From positions 1,184,001 through 1,248,000 of the forward strand of contig CAVZYA010000001.1 in the NCBI GenBank assembly GCA_963779415.1: a DNA stretch of 64,000 bases, read 5' to 3'. A model generated the notes under the pieces. It was not told the origin of the DNA and made no database searches. It worked only from the letters and a program-made list of their open reading frames with translations. Position 1 is the stretch's first letter; each line of letters opens with the position of its first letter. Source of the stretch: an uncultured Acidobacteriota bacterium. Its GTDB lineage: Bacteria; Acidobacteriota; Thermoanaerobaculia; UBA5066. Of the stretch, positions 33,019 through 43,383 are shown in pieces. The position numbers and the translations under genes are program-made.

Positions 33019-34002
33019 TCAGAGCCCCGCGGCGCGCGAGGCGTCGATCAGGCGGGCGGCGCCGCGCGCGAGGAGGCGCTCCGCGAGAGCCCGGCCGAGT
33101 GAAGATTTCCTGGAAGGGGAAGAGGTGGAAGACAGCAGCGCCGGCTCGTGGAGCTCGTCTTCGAGGCATTCTCGCCCGTCGAGCGAGAGAACACGTCCAA
33201 CGAGCTTCAGCGTTCGGCTCCCCTCCTCACCTTCGAAGGATCCCCGTGCGCCGACAGGCGCCCGACATCCCCCTCTCAGAAAATGAAGGAGATCACGTTC
33301 CGCTTCCGCTGCGGTTCGCGTGGCGAAATCGTCCAGGGTCGCGAGGGCCGCTCGGGTCTTCGCGTCGTCCGACCGGCAGCCGATTCCGAGCGCGCCCTGC
33401 GCGGGGGCGCCGAGCATTTCGTCGGGCTCGAGGCGGCGCGCGATGACGTGCGCGCGTCCCAGCCGATCAAGCCCGGCCGAGGCGAGGATGAGCGCGTCGG
33501 CGTCCCCTTCCTCGAGGCGCCGGAGGCGCGTGTCGACGTTTCCCGCCATCGCGACGGCTTTCAGGTCGGGACGTACGCGGAGAAGTTGCGACACGCGGCG
33601 CGGCGAGGAGGTCGCTACCTTCGCGTTTTTCGGGAGCGCCAGAACGGCCGCTACCCCCGCGTGGCGCGAGGCGACGACGAGGGCGTCCCTCGGGTCCGCC
33701 CGCTTCGGTACCGCCGCGAGGACGAGCCCCGGGCTTTCCGCCGTCGGGACGTCCTTGAGCGAGTGGACGGCGAAGTCGATCTCGAAGCGAAGGAGCGCGT
33801 CGTCGAGGGCTCGGACGAAGACCCCCGCGGCGTCGCCTCCGGGCGGGGCCTTTCCCTCCGTCGAGAGCTGGTCCCCGGTCGTCTTCACGAGGACCGTCTC
33901 GACCCGGAGTCCGGTCGCACGGGTGAGCGCCTCGGCGAAGGCTCCCGACTGGGCTCGCGCGAGGGCGCTTCCGCGCGTCCCCATCCGGAGAGCCGCCGTC
34001 AC
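33019..34002 (-). CDS. hemC: Hydroxymethylbilane synthase
   Basis: GTRGSALARAQ, TTGD, AVHSLKDVP, TSSPRR, GNVDTRL, PAQGALG, GGC. Confidence 0.95.
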   Translation of the reverse strand: MTAALRMGTRGSALARAQSGAFAEALTRATGLRVETVLVKTTGDQLSTEGKAPPGGDAAGVFVRALDDALLRFEIDFAVHSLKDVPTAESPGLVLAAVPKRADPRDALVVASRHAGVAAVLALPKNAKVATSSPRRVSQLLRVRPDLKAVAMAGNVDTRLRRLEEGDADALILASAGLDRLGRAHVIARRLEPDEMLGAPAQGALGIGCRSDDAKTRAALATLDDFATRTAAEAERDLLHFLRGGCRAPVGARGSFEGEEGSRTLKLVGRVLSLDGRECLEDELHEPALLSSTSSPSRKSSLGRALAERLLARGAARLIDASRAAGL

Positions 34003-35273
34003 TTCTTTTCCTCCCGGTCGAGCCGGAAGAGGACGCGGATCGCCTCGGCTCTCTCGAGCCGCTCCGACGCGTTCCCTTCCTTCAGGCCGACGGTCGGGTT
34101 GTGGAGGATCTTCGCGACGATGGAATCGGTCAGCCGGTCGACGACCTTTTCCGCGTCGGGGCCGAGCGCGGCGATCTTCGCCCGATAGGCCTCGAGCTCC
34201 TGCTGCCGGATCCCCTCCACCCGGCCCCGGAGCGCCTTGACGAGGTCGACGTGCAGAAGACCCCCGTACCAGTCGCGAAAACGCGTCACGGACTCCTCGA
34301 CGATCGCCTCGGCCTTCGGGATCTCGGCCCGCCGGGCCGCCGTGTTCCCGGCAGCCACCTCGTTCAGGGCGTCGACGTCGTACCGGTAGACGTCCGCGAG
34401 CGAATCGACGCCCGTCTCCACGTCGCGGGGGACCGCGAGATCGAGGATCAGGAGCGGGCCGCGGCGACGGGCCCGCTGGCGCGCCTCGCCGAGCCCCGCC
34501 GCCGTGATGACGGGCTCGGGGGCGCCGGTCGCCGCGATGATCAGGTCCGCATCGCCCGCCGCCGTCACCCGCTGCTCCCACGGGACCGTCCGCCCCGACA
34601 CGTGCGCGGCGAGGGCCGCCGCGCGCTCCGGCGAACGGTTGCAGACCCGGATGTCGGTCGCGCCGTTCTCCACGAGCAGATCGGCCGTCAGCTCGGCGGT
34701 CTCGCCGGCGCCGAGAACGAGGACGCGGCGGCCCGAAAGCTCGTCGAAGACGCGCCCGACGAGGAGGAGCGCGATGCCGGGAACGGAGGTCGGCCGGGTC
34801 CCGAGCGCCGTCTCGGTCCGGACGCGCTTGCCGCACTCGAGAGCCGACTGGAAGAGCCGGTTCGTCACGGCACGCGCCGCCCCCGCCTCCGTTGCGAGCC
34901 GGTAGGCGTCGCGGAGCTGGCCGAGGATCTGCGCCTCGCCGAGGACCATCGAGTCGAGGCCGGCCGCCACGCGGAAGAGATGCCGCGCCGTCTCGTCTCC
35001 CCGCCCCGAGTGCGCCGTCTGCTTCAGGACGATCGCGTCGACGTGGTGAAAGCCCGAGAGAAACGCCGCCACGGCCTCCTCGCCGTCCTCGCGCTCGGTC
35101 AGGCCGTAGATCTCGGAACGGTTGCAGGTGGCGACGATCGCCCCCTCCGTCAGGATCCGCTCGGAGAAGAGCTGCTTCATCGCCTCGCGCGCCGTCTCCG
35201 GAGTGAAGGCGATCCGCTCGCGTACCTCGAGCGGCGTGGCCCGGTGATTCCACCCCACGAAGACCAGATTCAT
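33999..35273 (-). CDS. hemA: Glutamyl-tRNA reductase
   Basis: TCNRSE, HLFRVAAGLDSMVLGEAQILGQ, GAGE, DLAVPRD. Confidence 0.96.
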   Translation of the reverse strand: MNLVFVGWNHRATPLEVRERIAFTPETAREAMKQLFSERILTEGAIVATCNRSEIYGLTEREDGEEAVAAFLSGFHHVDAIVLKQTAHSGRGDETARHLFRVAAGLDSMVLGEAQILGQLRDAYRLATEAGAARAVTNRLFQSALECGKRVRTETALGTRPTSVPGIALLLVGRVFDELSGRRVLVLGAGETAELTADLLVENGATDIRVCNRSPERAAALAAHVSGRTVPWEQRVTAAGDADLIIAATGAPEPVITAAGLGEARQRARRRGPLLILDLAVPRDVETGVDSLADVYRYDVDALNEVAAGNTAARRAEIPKAEAIVEESVTRFRDWYGGLLHVDLVKALRGRVEGIRQQELEAYRAKIAALGPDAEKVVDRLTDSIVAKILHNPTVGLKEGNASERLERAEAIRVLFRLDREEKK

Positions 35274-35292
35274 CGAGGTGCGCGCCTCTCCA

Positions 35293-36150
35293 TCATGTGA
35301 AGGAGTGGAGGCGGGTGACCAGGAGGTTCACCGCCGTGTAGGAGAGGAGGATCAGGAGGAAGCCGGCCACGCAGAGCCGGGCCGTCGTGACGGGCGCCGC
35401 GCCGCGTCCGGCGCGGACGAGGATGACGACGTAGAAGAGAAGGGTCGCGACCGCGACCCAGACCTTCGGGTCGAGCCCCCACCTCAGGTTCTGCGCTCCC
35501 CAGATCCGGGAGGCCCAGATGAAGCCGCAGGTGAGCCCGACGAGAAGCGTCGCGCAGCCGACCGCGAGGGAGGTCCGGGTGGCCCGCTCGAGGTAGCCGA
35601 GGGTCGGGAGGCGCGACGTCGGCCCGGCAAGGGCCTTTCCGCGGTGCTTGAGGGCGCGCCCCGCGGCGAGGTAGAGAAGCGACAGGGCACAGGCCACCGC
35701 GAACGCGGCGTACGACAGCATGTTGAGCGTCACGTGAAGGGCGAAGATCGAGCCCCGGAACTCGGGGGAGGGGGCTCGCGGCGTCGACGTCTCGAAGAGG
35801 GCGATGAGCATGAAGACGAGCGCCGCCGGCATCAGGAACGGCCCGAGAGACCGGTCACGGTGACGCAATTCGAGAATGACGTTCAGCGCCGCGAGGAAGA
35901 AGCCGAAGAGCTTCATCGAGCCGAGGAGATCCCGGTACGGGACGGTGCCGAGGACCACGGAAAAAGCGTAGAGGGCCGCGAAGTTCAGGACGGCCCCGAG
36001 GGCGGCCGCGGCGGTCGCGCCGCGACCCGCCGCTTTCGACGGCCGATAGAGGTTGAGGAGATAGAGAATTGTCGCGAGGATGTAGAGCGCGAGGGCTCCT
36101 CCGCCGAGGAGGGGGGCAATCTGCGCGGAGAAGGAAGTCGGACCCGTCAC
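35293..36150 (-). CDS. CcsA/HemX-family cytochrome c assembly-type membrane protein
   Basis: About 8 TM segments; 'HVTL..LSYAAF', 'GFIWA', 'DPKV', terminal HSF; immediately upstream of hemA. Confidence 0.85.
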   Translation of the reverse strand: MTGPTSFSAQIAPLLGGGALALYILATILYLLNLYRPSKAAGRGATAAAALGAVLNFAALYAFSVVLGTVPYRDLLGSMKLFGFFLAALNVILELRHRDRSLGPFLMPAALVFMLIALFETSTPRAPSPEFRGSIFALHVTLNMLSYAAFAVACALSLLYLAAGRALKHRGKALAGPTSRLPTLGYLERATRTSLAVGCATLLVGLTCGFIWASRIWGAQNLRWGLDPKVWVAVATLLFYVVILVRAGRGAAPVTTARLCVAGFLLILLSYTAVNLLVTRLHSFT

Positions 36151-36158
36151 GGGGCGCG

Positions 36159-36208
36159 ATTATAGGGATGGCGGGACGGCTGAAGTCCGGGCCGTCTCCT
36201 GATAACCT
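36159..36208. promoter_or_regulatory. Divergent -10 boxes of the two heme operons
   Basis: TATAAT (minus, 36159-64) lies 8 nt before GTG 36150; TAACCT (plus, 36203-08) lies 8 nt before GTG 36217. Confidence 0.6.
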
Positions 36209-36216
36209 CCCGCGCG

Positions 36217-37260
36217 GTGGGGGTCGACTCCCGGAATCTCCCGTCGCGGAGACGGTTCGTCGACGCGGCCTTCGGCCGTGCCGCCGAGAGGCCGCCCGTC
36301 TGGCTGATGCGTCAGGCGGGACGCTACCTCCCCGAGTACCGCGAGATCCGAAAGCGCCTCAAGTTCCTCGAGCTCTGCGAGGACGTCCCGTCCGCCATCG
36401 AGGTGACGCTCCAGCCCTTCCGGCGCTTCGGAATGGACGGGATCGTCGTCTTCTCGGACATTTTGATTCCGCTCCCGCCGATGGGGATCGAGATCCGGCT
36501 CGACGACGAAGGCCCGCAGATCCCCCGTCCGGTCCGGACGGCCGAGGACGTGGCGAGGCTCCGGAGCTTCGATCCGGAGGAGAAGACGAGTTTCGTCCTG
36601 GAGATCCTTCGCGGGCTGAAGCGCGAAATCCACGACGAGGCGGCGGTGATCGGCTTCTGCGGCGCTCCCTGGACGCTCGCGACCTACGCGATCGAAGGGG
36701 GGTCTTCGAGGTCGTTCGCCGCCGTCAAGACGTTGATGCACCGCGAACCGGACGTCCTCGAGGCGCTCCTCGGAAAGCTCGCGGATGCCTGCGGCGACTA
36801 TCTCGCCGCGCAGATCGGGGCCGGGGCCGACGTGGTCCAGATATTCGACACGTGGGCGGGCGAGCTCGCGCGCGCCGACTACGACCGGTTCGCGCGTCCG
36901 GCCACCGAGCGCCTCATCGCGAAGCTCCCGCGCCGCGGAGAGGTCCCCGTCGTCCTCTTCGCCTCCGGCTCCTGCCACCTCGTCGACTCCTTCGCGACGA
37001 TGCCCGTCGACGTCGTCTCGGTCGACTGGAAACTCCCGCTCGACGAGGCCCGCCGCCGCGCTCCCGGGAAGGCGCTCCAGGGAAACGTCGATCCCGGCGT
37101 CCTTCTCGGCACACCCGAGGGGGTCACGGCGGCGGCTTTCGCCGCACGAACGGCCGCCGGGCCGACCGGCCACATCCTCAACCTCGGCCACGGCATCCTG
37201 CCGGCCACGCCCCCCGAGAACGTGGCGGCCTTCGTCGCGGCGGCGAGGCAGCCGTTGTGA
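36217..37260 (+). CDS. hemE: Uroporphyrinogen decarboxylase
   Basis: PVWLMRQAGRYLPEY, FSDIL, GFCGAPWTLATY, QGNVDP, NLGHGI. Confidence 0.97.
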   Translation: MGVDSRNLPSRRRFVDAAFGRAAERPPVWLMRQAGRYLPEYREIRKRLKFLELCEDVPSAIEVTLQPFRRFGMDGIVVFSDILIPLPPMGIEIRLDDEGPQIPRPVRTAEDVARLRSFDPEEKTSFVLEILRGLKREIHDEAAVIGFCGAPWTLATYAIEGGSSRSFAAVKTLMHREPDVLEALLGKLADACGDYLAAQIGAGADVVQIFDTWAGELARADYDRFARPATERLIAKLPRRGEVPVVLFASGSCHLVDSFATMPVDVVSVDWKLPLDEARRRAPGKALQGNVDPGVLLGTPEGVTAAAFAARTAAGPTGHILNLGHGILPATPPENVAAFVAAARQPL

Positions 37261-38687
37261 CGGCCATCCCGATCCGTCTGCGGGGCGAGACGATCCCGAT
37301 GACGACGGAACTCCTCGAAAAGTACAACGTCCAGGGTCCCCGGTACACGTCGTACCCGACGGCGCCCGAGTGGAACGACGGCGTCCGCGCCGCCGACTAC
37401 GAGGCGGCCTGCGTCCGGGCGAACGCCGCCGGGCGGCCGGTCTCGCTCTACGTCCACCTCCCCTTCTGCGACGAGCAGTGCTGGTTCTGCGGCTGCTTCA
37501 TGAAGGTCGTCCCGAAGCCCGACCGGAAGGGAGAGGGGCGCGAGGAGATCGAGGGATACCTCGGCGACCTCCACCGCGAGATCGACCACCTCGCGACGAA
37601 GATCGGCCGCGGACGGAGGATCGAGCAGGTGCACTGGGGAGGGGGGACGCCGACCTACCTGACCCCGGCACAGGCCGACCAGCTCGCCGCGCACCTTCTC
37701 GAGACGTTCCGGCCGGCGGCCGACGCCGAGGTTTCGGTCGAGATCGACCCGCGCGTGACGACTCCCGAGCACCTCGAGGTGCTCCGCAGGCGAGGCTTCA
37801 ACCGGGTGTCGATGGGGGTCCAGGACTTCGATCCCGAGGTTCAGGAGCTGGTGAACCGGGTCCAGCCCTTCGACCTGACGAAGGGGCTCGTCGACGCCGC
37901 CCGGTCGCTCGGCTACCAGTCGGTCAACCTCGACATGATCTACGGCCTCCCGGGGCAGCGCCGCGCCGGCTTCGAGGAGAGCGTCGAGCAGGTCATCACG
38001 CTCGCGCCCGACCGCGTCGCGATGTACTCGTACGCCCATGTCCCGTGGCTCAAGAAGCCGCAGCGCGTCCTCGCGGCCCACCTTCCCGAGGGGACGGAGA
38101 AGTTCGCGATCTTCGTCTCGGGGATCGAGCGCTTCGTCTCGGCGGGCTACGTCTTCATCGGGATGGATCACTTCGCCCTCCCGCACGACGAGATCGTGAA
38201 GGCGCAGAACGAGCGGACGCTCCACCGCAACTTCCAGGGGTACACGACACGCGCCGGATGCGACCTCTACGGGCTCGGCATTTCGTCCATCGGCTCGGTC
38301 GACGACACGTACGTCCAGAACACGAAGGACTACCCTGCGTATCACGCGGCGGCGTCCGAGGGGCGCTTCTCGACGATCCGCGGACACCGGCTGACGGCCG
38401 ACGACGTCCTCCGGCGCGAGGTGATCACCCGGCTTCTCTGTCACTGCGTCGTGAAGAAACGGGAGATCGAGCGGGAGTTCGGCCTCGCGTCCTTCGACGC
38501 GACCTTCGCCTCGGCCGCGGCGAAGCTCCCGGAATTCGTCGCGGACGGCATGGTCGTGGAGACCGCCGACGAGATCCGCGTCACCGCGATGGGTCGGATC
38601 TTCATCCGGAACGTCGCGATGCTCTTCGACGCCTACCTCGAGAGGAAGGCCGACGACGCCCCGAGGATTTTCTCGAGGACACTGTAA
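37257..38687 (+). CDS. hemN: Oxygen-independent coproporphyrinogen III oxidase (radical SAM)
   Basis: GPRYTSYPTA, HLPFCDEQCWFCGC, HWGGGTPT, IGMDHF, RNFQGY, FSRTL. Confidence 0.95.
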   Translation: MTAIPIRLRGETIPMTTELLEKYNVQGPRYTSYPTAPEWNDGVRAADYEAACVRANAAGRPVSLYVHLPFCDEQCWFCGCFMKVVPKPDRKGEGREEIEGYLGDLHREIDHLATKIGRGRRIEQVHWGGGTPTYLTPAQADQLAAHLLETFRPAADAEVSVEIDPRVTTPEHLEVLRRRGFNRVSMGVQDFDPEVQELVNRVQPFDLTKGLVDAARSLGYQSVNLDMIYGLPGQRRAGFEESVEQVITLAPDRVAMYSYAHVPWLKKPQRVLAAHLPEGTEKFAIFVSGIERFVSAGYVFIGMDHFALPHDEIVKAQNERTLHRNFQGYTTRAGCDLYGLGISSIGSVDDTYVQNTKDYPAYHAAASEGRFSTIRGHRLTADDVLRREVITRLLCHCVVKKREIEREFGLASFDATFASAAAKLPEFVADGMVVETADEIRVTAMGRIFIRNVAMLFDAYLERKADDAPRIFSRTL

Positions 38688-38691
38688 GTCG

Positions 38692-39672
38692 ATGGCGGAG
38701 CGGGAAGGCGTCCTCCTCGTCCAGCTCGGCGGGCCGGAGAAACGCGAAGAGCTGCGCCCGTTTCTCTACGAGCTTTTCGCCGACCCCGAGATCATCGGCC
38801 TTCCATCGCCTCTCCGGCAGATCGTCGCCTTCCTCGTCGCGACGCTCCGCGCGCCGAAGTCCGCTCCGACGTACGAGCGGATCGGCTGGTCTCCCATCCG
38901 GCGCTGGTCGCGGATCCAGGCCGGGCTCCTCGAAAAGGCGCTCGTTGCCGGCGGGACGCCGGCCCTCGTCCGCGTCGGGATGACCTGCTCGGCACCGACC
39001 GTCGAGGAGGCGCTCGCCGAGCTGAGGCAGGCCGGAGTGACCCGCCTCGTCGTCCTCCCGCTCTATCCGCAGTACTCCGTCACGACGACGCGAAGCTCCT
39101 TCGACCGCGTGACGCGCTCTCTCTCACGGATGGGGTGGAGCCCCGAGCGGCTCGACGCCCCCGAAGCCTGGTACGACGAGCCGCATTTCGTCTCCGCCCA
39201 CGCGGACCGGATCCGGACGGCGCTCGCTTCGCTCCCCGACCCGGACCCCGCGGCCACCGTCCTGCTCTACTCCGCCCACTCGCTGCCGGTCGCGACGGTC
39301 GAGAAGAAGAAGGACCCCTATCCGCGGCAGATCGACGAAACCGTGAAGGCGATCGACGCGGCGCTCGGACGCCGCATCCGCAGCGTCCTCGGCTTTCAGT
39401 CCCGGGTCGGGCCGATGGCGTGGCTCTCGCCGTCGACGGACGAGGTTCTCCGCCGGCTGGCTGCGGAGGGGGTGAGACAGGTCGCTGTCGTCCCCGTCGC
39501 CTTCGTCTCCGACCACGTGGAGACGCTTTACGAGTGCCGCATCCTCTACGGAGCGGCGGCCGCGAGGCTCGGAATCCCGCACTACGTCGTCACCGAGGGG
39601 CTGAACGACCATCCGGAATTCATCCGGTCGCTCGCGTCCACGGTCTCGGCCAGACTCCGGCCGCTCGCATGA
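38692..39672 (+). CDS. hemH: Ferrochelatase
   Basis: LLVQLGGP, LPLYPQYSVTT, SAHSLP, FQSRVG..WL.P, FVSDHVETLYE. Confidence 0.95.
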   Translation: MAEREGVLLVQLGGPEKREELRPFLYELFADPEIIGLPSPLRQIVAFLVATLRAPKSAPTYERIGWSPIRRWSRIQAGLLEKALVAGGTPALVRVGMTCSAPTVEEALAELRQAGVTRLVVLPLYPQYSVTTTRSSFDRVTRSLSRMGWSPERLDAPEAWYDEPHFVSAHADRIRTALASLPDPDPAATVLLYSAHSLPVATVEKKKDPYPRQIDETVKAIDAALGRRIRSVLGFQSRVGPMAWLSPSTDEVLRRLAAEGVRQVAVVPVAFVSDHVETLYECRILYGAAAARLGIPHYVVTEGLNDHPEFIRSLASTVSARLRPLA

Positions 39673-41069
39673 CGCGGAAGGTCGTGATCGTCGGCGGCGG
39701 TCTCGCCGGACTCGTCTCCGCCTACCGGCGGCGCTCGCCTGGCGAGACCGTCCTCCTCGAAGCCGAGGGGCGTCTCGGGGGCTCCGTCCGGACGATCCGC
39801 GAGGAGGGATTCGTCCTCGAAGCCGGGCCGAACACGCTTCGGACGTCGGAGGCCGCTGACCGCCTGATCGCGGACCTCGGCCTTCAGAACGACCTCGTCC
39901 TCGCCGACCCCGCGGCGCCGCGCTGGATCGTCCGGGGAGGAAAGCCGCGCGCCATCGTCCCCGGGCCGAAAGGGCTCTTCACGCGGGCGCTCTCGACGCG
40001 TGGAAAGCTCCGCCTTCTCGGCGACCTCCGCGTCCCGCGGCGCGAATCATCCCGCGAGGACGAGAGCGTCCACGATTTCTTCGTCCGCCGCTTCGGAGAG
40101 GACGCCGCCACTTACGGAGCCGGACCGATGGTCTCCGGGGTCTACGCCGGCGATCCGCGCACCCTCTCGGTCCGGAGCGCCTTTCCGCACCTCTGGGAGG
40201 CCGAGGGGCGGTCCGGCTCGGTCATCCGCGACTTCTTCGGGGGCGGCGGCTCCTTCAGGCGGAATCCCGACGGCTCGAAGGTCCCGCGGCACCGGGCACG
40301 CACGGTCAACTTCACGCGGGGGCTCTTCCAGATGGTCGAGGCGCTCGCCATGGCGCTCGCCGACCGGGGCGTCCGGATCGAGACGCACTCAGGCGTGACG
40401 GCGCTCGAAGGGCCGCACCCGGGCGCTCCCGGCGGGCGCTGGACCGTCCGGACCGGAGACGGCCGCGCGGTCGACGCCGACGTCGTCGTCCTCACGCTCG
40501 AGCCGGCCGCGACGGCGAGGCTCCTCGGAGAGCGGCTCCGGCGATCACGCGATCCGGTGGCCAGCCTCCCCGTCTCACCGGTGGCGACGATCCTCTTCGC
40601 GTTCCGCCCCGCGACCCCCGAAGACGCGCCGAAGGGATTCGGCGTCCTCGTGCCGCGCGTCGAGGGAATCCGCTCTCTCGGGGTTCTCTACCCCGCCTCG
40701 CTCTTCTCGGGCCGCGCGCCGCGGGGCGTCGCCCTGACGACCTCCTTCCTCGGCGGCGCCCTCGACACCGGGATCGCGGCGGCAGATGACGCGACGCTTT
40801 CCGATCTCGCCCTCTCCGAGGTCCGTCGCCTACACTCGGGGCTTTCGCGCTGCGTTCCGGAGCGGACATGGATCACCCGCTGGCCGAAGGCGATCCCTCA
40901 GCTCCCGCTCGGCCATTTCCGGACGATGGCCGCCCTCGAGGCCGACCTCGCGGAGATCGACGAGGCCGCGGGCGAGCCGGGGACGCTCGTCCTGACGGGG
41001 GGCTGGAGAGACGGCATCGCCCTCGGCGCGCGGATCGACCGCGGCGAGGCGATCGGGCAGGACCTCTGA
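39669..41069 (+). CDS. hemY: FAD-dependent protoporphyrinogen oxidase (HemY type)
   Basis: IVGGGLAGL, RLGG, EAGPN, GVYAGD...LS, GFGVL, RWPKAIPQ. Confidence 0.9.
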   Translation: MTRKVVIVGGGLAGLVSAYRRRSPGETVLLEAEGRLGGSVRTIREEGFVLEAGPNTLRTSEAADRLIADLGLQNDLVLADPAAPRWIVRGGKPRAIVPGPKGLFTRALSTRGKLRLLGDLRVPRRESSREDESVHDFFVRRFGEDAATYGAGPMVSGVYAGDPRTLSVRSAFPHLWEAEGRSGSVIRDFFGGGGSFRRNPDGSKVPRHRARTVNFTRGLFQMVEALAMALADRGVRIETHSGVTALEGPHPGAPGGRWTVRTGDGRAVDADVVVLTLEPAATARLLGERLRRSRDPVASLPVSPVATILFAFRPATPEDAPKGFGVLVPRVEGIRSLGVLYPASLFSGRAPRGVALTTSFLGGALDTGIAAADDATLSDLALSEVRRLHSGLSRCVPERTWITRWPKAIPQLPLGHFRTMAALEADLAEIDEAAGEPGTLVLTGGWRDGIALGARIDRGEAIGQDL

Positions 41070-41081
41070 GGCCGGAAGGCC

Positions 41082-42209
41082 CTACGCGGCCACGGCCGAC
41101 CGGACGGCGGCGATCACCTCGTCCACCTGAGCGTCGGTCATCGCGGGCCAGAGCGGGATCGTGATGGTCGAGTCGCCGATCCGCTCGGCGTTCGGGAACA
41201 TCCCCCGCTTGAAGCCGAACCGTTCCGAGTAGTACTTCGTCAAGTGGACGGCGCGGTAGTTGACGGCGACTCCTACGCCTCGGGCCTGGATTCCCGCGAG
41301 AATCGCGTCCCGCCGCCCGGGGTCGACCCAGATGGTGAAGAGGTGCCGCGCGGAGACCGCCCCTTCGGGGACGGACGGAAACGAGACGCCCGGGGTCTCG
41401 CGCAGCGCCCCCTCGTATCGGCGGCAGATCGCCTCGCGCCGCGCGAGCCGCCCGGCGAGCTTCGGGAGCTGCGGCAGGAGCATCGCGGCGGCGACGTCGG
41501 AGAGGTTGTACTTGTACCCCAGCCGCTCCATGTCCCAGTGCTGGTACTTCCCCGCGTACCGCTCCGCCGCGTTTCGCGACATGCCGTGGCTCGAGAGCTG
41601 GCGGAGAAGCTCCTTCTTCGCCCCGTCGCGCGCGGAGATCGCGCCCCCTTCGCCGCACGTCAGGTTCTTCGTCGCGTAGAAGCTGAAGCAGCCGTAGTCG
41701 GCGAGCTGGCCGGGGCCGTGCCCGTCCCGCCGCCCTTCGATGCAATGCGCGGCATCCTCGACGAGGACGAGGCCGTGCCGGTCCGCGATCGCCCGGAGGG
41801 CGGGCAGCTCCGCGAGGAGCCCGTAGAGGTCGACCGCGACGATCGCCTTCGTCCGCGGCGTGATGGCCGATTCGACAGCCGCGGGATCGATGTTCGCCGT
41901 CGCGGGATCCACGTCGACGAAGACGGGAGTCCCGCCCGCGTAGAGGATGCAGTTCGCCGAGGAGAGAAAGGTCACCGGTGTCGTGATGACCTCGTCGCCC
42001 TCTCCGACTCCGGCCGAAAGCATCGCGACGTGGAGCGCCGCCGTCGCATGCGCCGTGCAGACGACGGCCGGGACGCCGAGGTACGCCGAAAACGCGGCCT
42101 CGAACTCGTAGACGCGCCGGCCCGTCGTCAGAAAGAGCGAGTCGAGGACCTCGGTGACGGCCTTCTTCTCGTCCTCTCCGAGCGCGTGGCGGTAGAAATC
42201 GACGGCCAC
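41082..42209 (-). CDS. DegT/DnrJ/EryC1/StrS (ArnB-like) sugar aminotransferase
   Basis: GDEVIT, PVFVDVD, EDAAH, FSFYATKNLTCGEGG, GYKYN. Confidence 0.92.
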   Translation of the reverse strand: MAVDFYRHALGEDEKKAVTEVLDSLFLTTGRRVYEFEAAFSAYLGVPAVVCTAHATAALHVAMLSAGVGEGDEVITTPVTFLSSANCILYAGGTPVFVDVDPATANIDPAAVESAITPRTKAIVAVDLYGLLAELPALRAIADRHGLVLVEDAAHCIEGRRDGHGPGQLADYGCFSFYATKNLTCGEGGAISARDGAKKELLRQLSSHGMSRNAAERYAGKYQHWDMERLGYKYNLSDVAAAMLLPQLPKLAGRLARREAICRRYEGALRETPGVSFPSVPEGAVSARHLFTIWVDPGRRDAILAGIQARGVGVAVNYRAVHLTKYYSERFGFKRGMFPNAERIGDSTITIPLWPAMTDAQVDEVIAAVRSAVAA

Positions 42210-42210
42210 G

Positions 42211-43344
42211 TCAGCGTCCCGCGGGAATGCCGAGGCCGTCGAGGGCGTCCGCCGCCCCTTTTGCCGCGTCCCTCGGGAAGGCGTCTCCCGTCCCGGGCCA
42301 CTCCACGACGACGGGGGCGAACCCCATCTGCTTGAGGGCGTCGACGCCCCGGCGAAACGCGCCCATGCGGGCCGGATCGGAGTCCTGCGAGATTCCGAGG
42401 AAGAGGCCCTCTCCCCGCAGGCCCGCCGCCTGCTGGCCGGAGCCCGGGTCGTACGGGCCGTTGATCGAGCCGGCGCCCGCAAAGGACTTCGCCGGCTTGT
42501 GCGCCGCGATCGTCAGGGCTTCGGTGCCGCCGCGTCCGACACCGACGAGGAGAACGGCGATCTTCGGATCGCCGGCGCGCTTTCGCCCTTCCCTGACGGC
42601 CGCGTCGACGGCGGCGGCGGCGCGCTCGGCCGAGCCCCAACCGAACCTCTTGTCCGCCGACCTACCGGGGCCGCGAGGGACCGCGAGGAAGAGGCCCCGC
42701 CTCTTCGCCTCGGCCACGAACGGGGCCGATACCTCCATCGGCGAGGAGGCCGCATCGTGCAGGAGGACGAGGAGGGCGACCGGGCGCCTCCCCGGCGGCA
42801 CGAAGATCCCTTCCTTCACGACGGCGGCGTCCCCCTCCGCCCGGTTCTTCGCCGCGCGGTCGAGGATCCCCTTCCAGCGGGACGACGTCCGCAGCGACCC
42901 GAGATCGGGATCCGACTTGAGGGTCGCGACGTCGTCGAACCCGGCGCCGAGGGCGCGATCGAGGCTCGCGAAGGCCGCATCCGTCTTCTTCTCGCGCGCA
43001 TCGATGCAGGCGACGTTGTACGCCGCCGTCGGGAGCCCGCCGAGCTTCCACGCATTCTCGAAGAAAATCCGCGCCTTCCCGAGGTCCTTCGCCTGAACGG
43101 CGCCGAGGCCGAGCCGCTCGAAGGTGAAGGGATCGCCCCCTGTCTCCGGGAGGAGACGGACGTCCTCCATCTCGGCCGGAACCGCCCCCTTGGGCGCTTC
43201 CGGTCCGGACTGGACGGTCAGGCCGCCCCCCGACTGCTTCTGAGTCGGGACGGGTTTCGGCGTCGCCTGCGCGGGCGCCTGGGCGGCGAGAGGAGCGGCG
43301 GAAAGGACGAGAACGGCCGCGAGACCGGCGACATGGTTTTCCAT
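42211..43344 (-). CDS. Secreted TPR-like plus alpha/beta-hydrolase-like protein (catalytic residues apparently lost)
   Basis: Signal peptide; 'AAYNVAC...AFASLDRALGAGF....L.SDPDL.SLR' TPR-cap motif; LLVLLHD, LAVPRGP, GVGRGG. Confidence 0.7.
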   Translation of the reverse strand: MENHVAGLAAVLVLSAAPLAAQAPAQATPKPVPTQKQSGGGLTVQSGPEAPKGAVPAEMEDVRLLPETGGDPFTFERLGLGAVQAKDLGKARIFFENAWKLGGLPTAAYNVACIDAREKKTDAAFASLDRALGAGFDDVATLKSDPDLGSLRTSSRWKGILDRAAKNRAEGDAAVVKEGIFVPPGRRPVALLVLLHDAASSPMEVSAPFVAEAKRRGLFLAVPRGPGRSADKRFGWGSAERAAAAVDAAVREGRKRAGDPKIAVLLVGVGRGGTEALTIAAHKPAKSFAGAGSINGPYDPGSGQQAAGLRGEGLFLGISQDSDPARMGAFRRGVDALKQMGFAPVVVEWPGTGDAFPRDAAKGAADALDGLGIPAGR

Positions 43345-43383
43345 CGGGGGGATTCTACGGGCGCGGCGATTCCGGCCCCTCTG

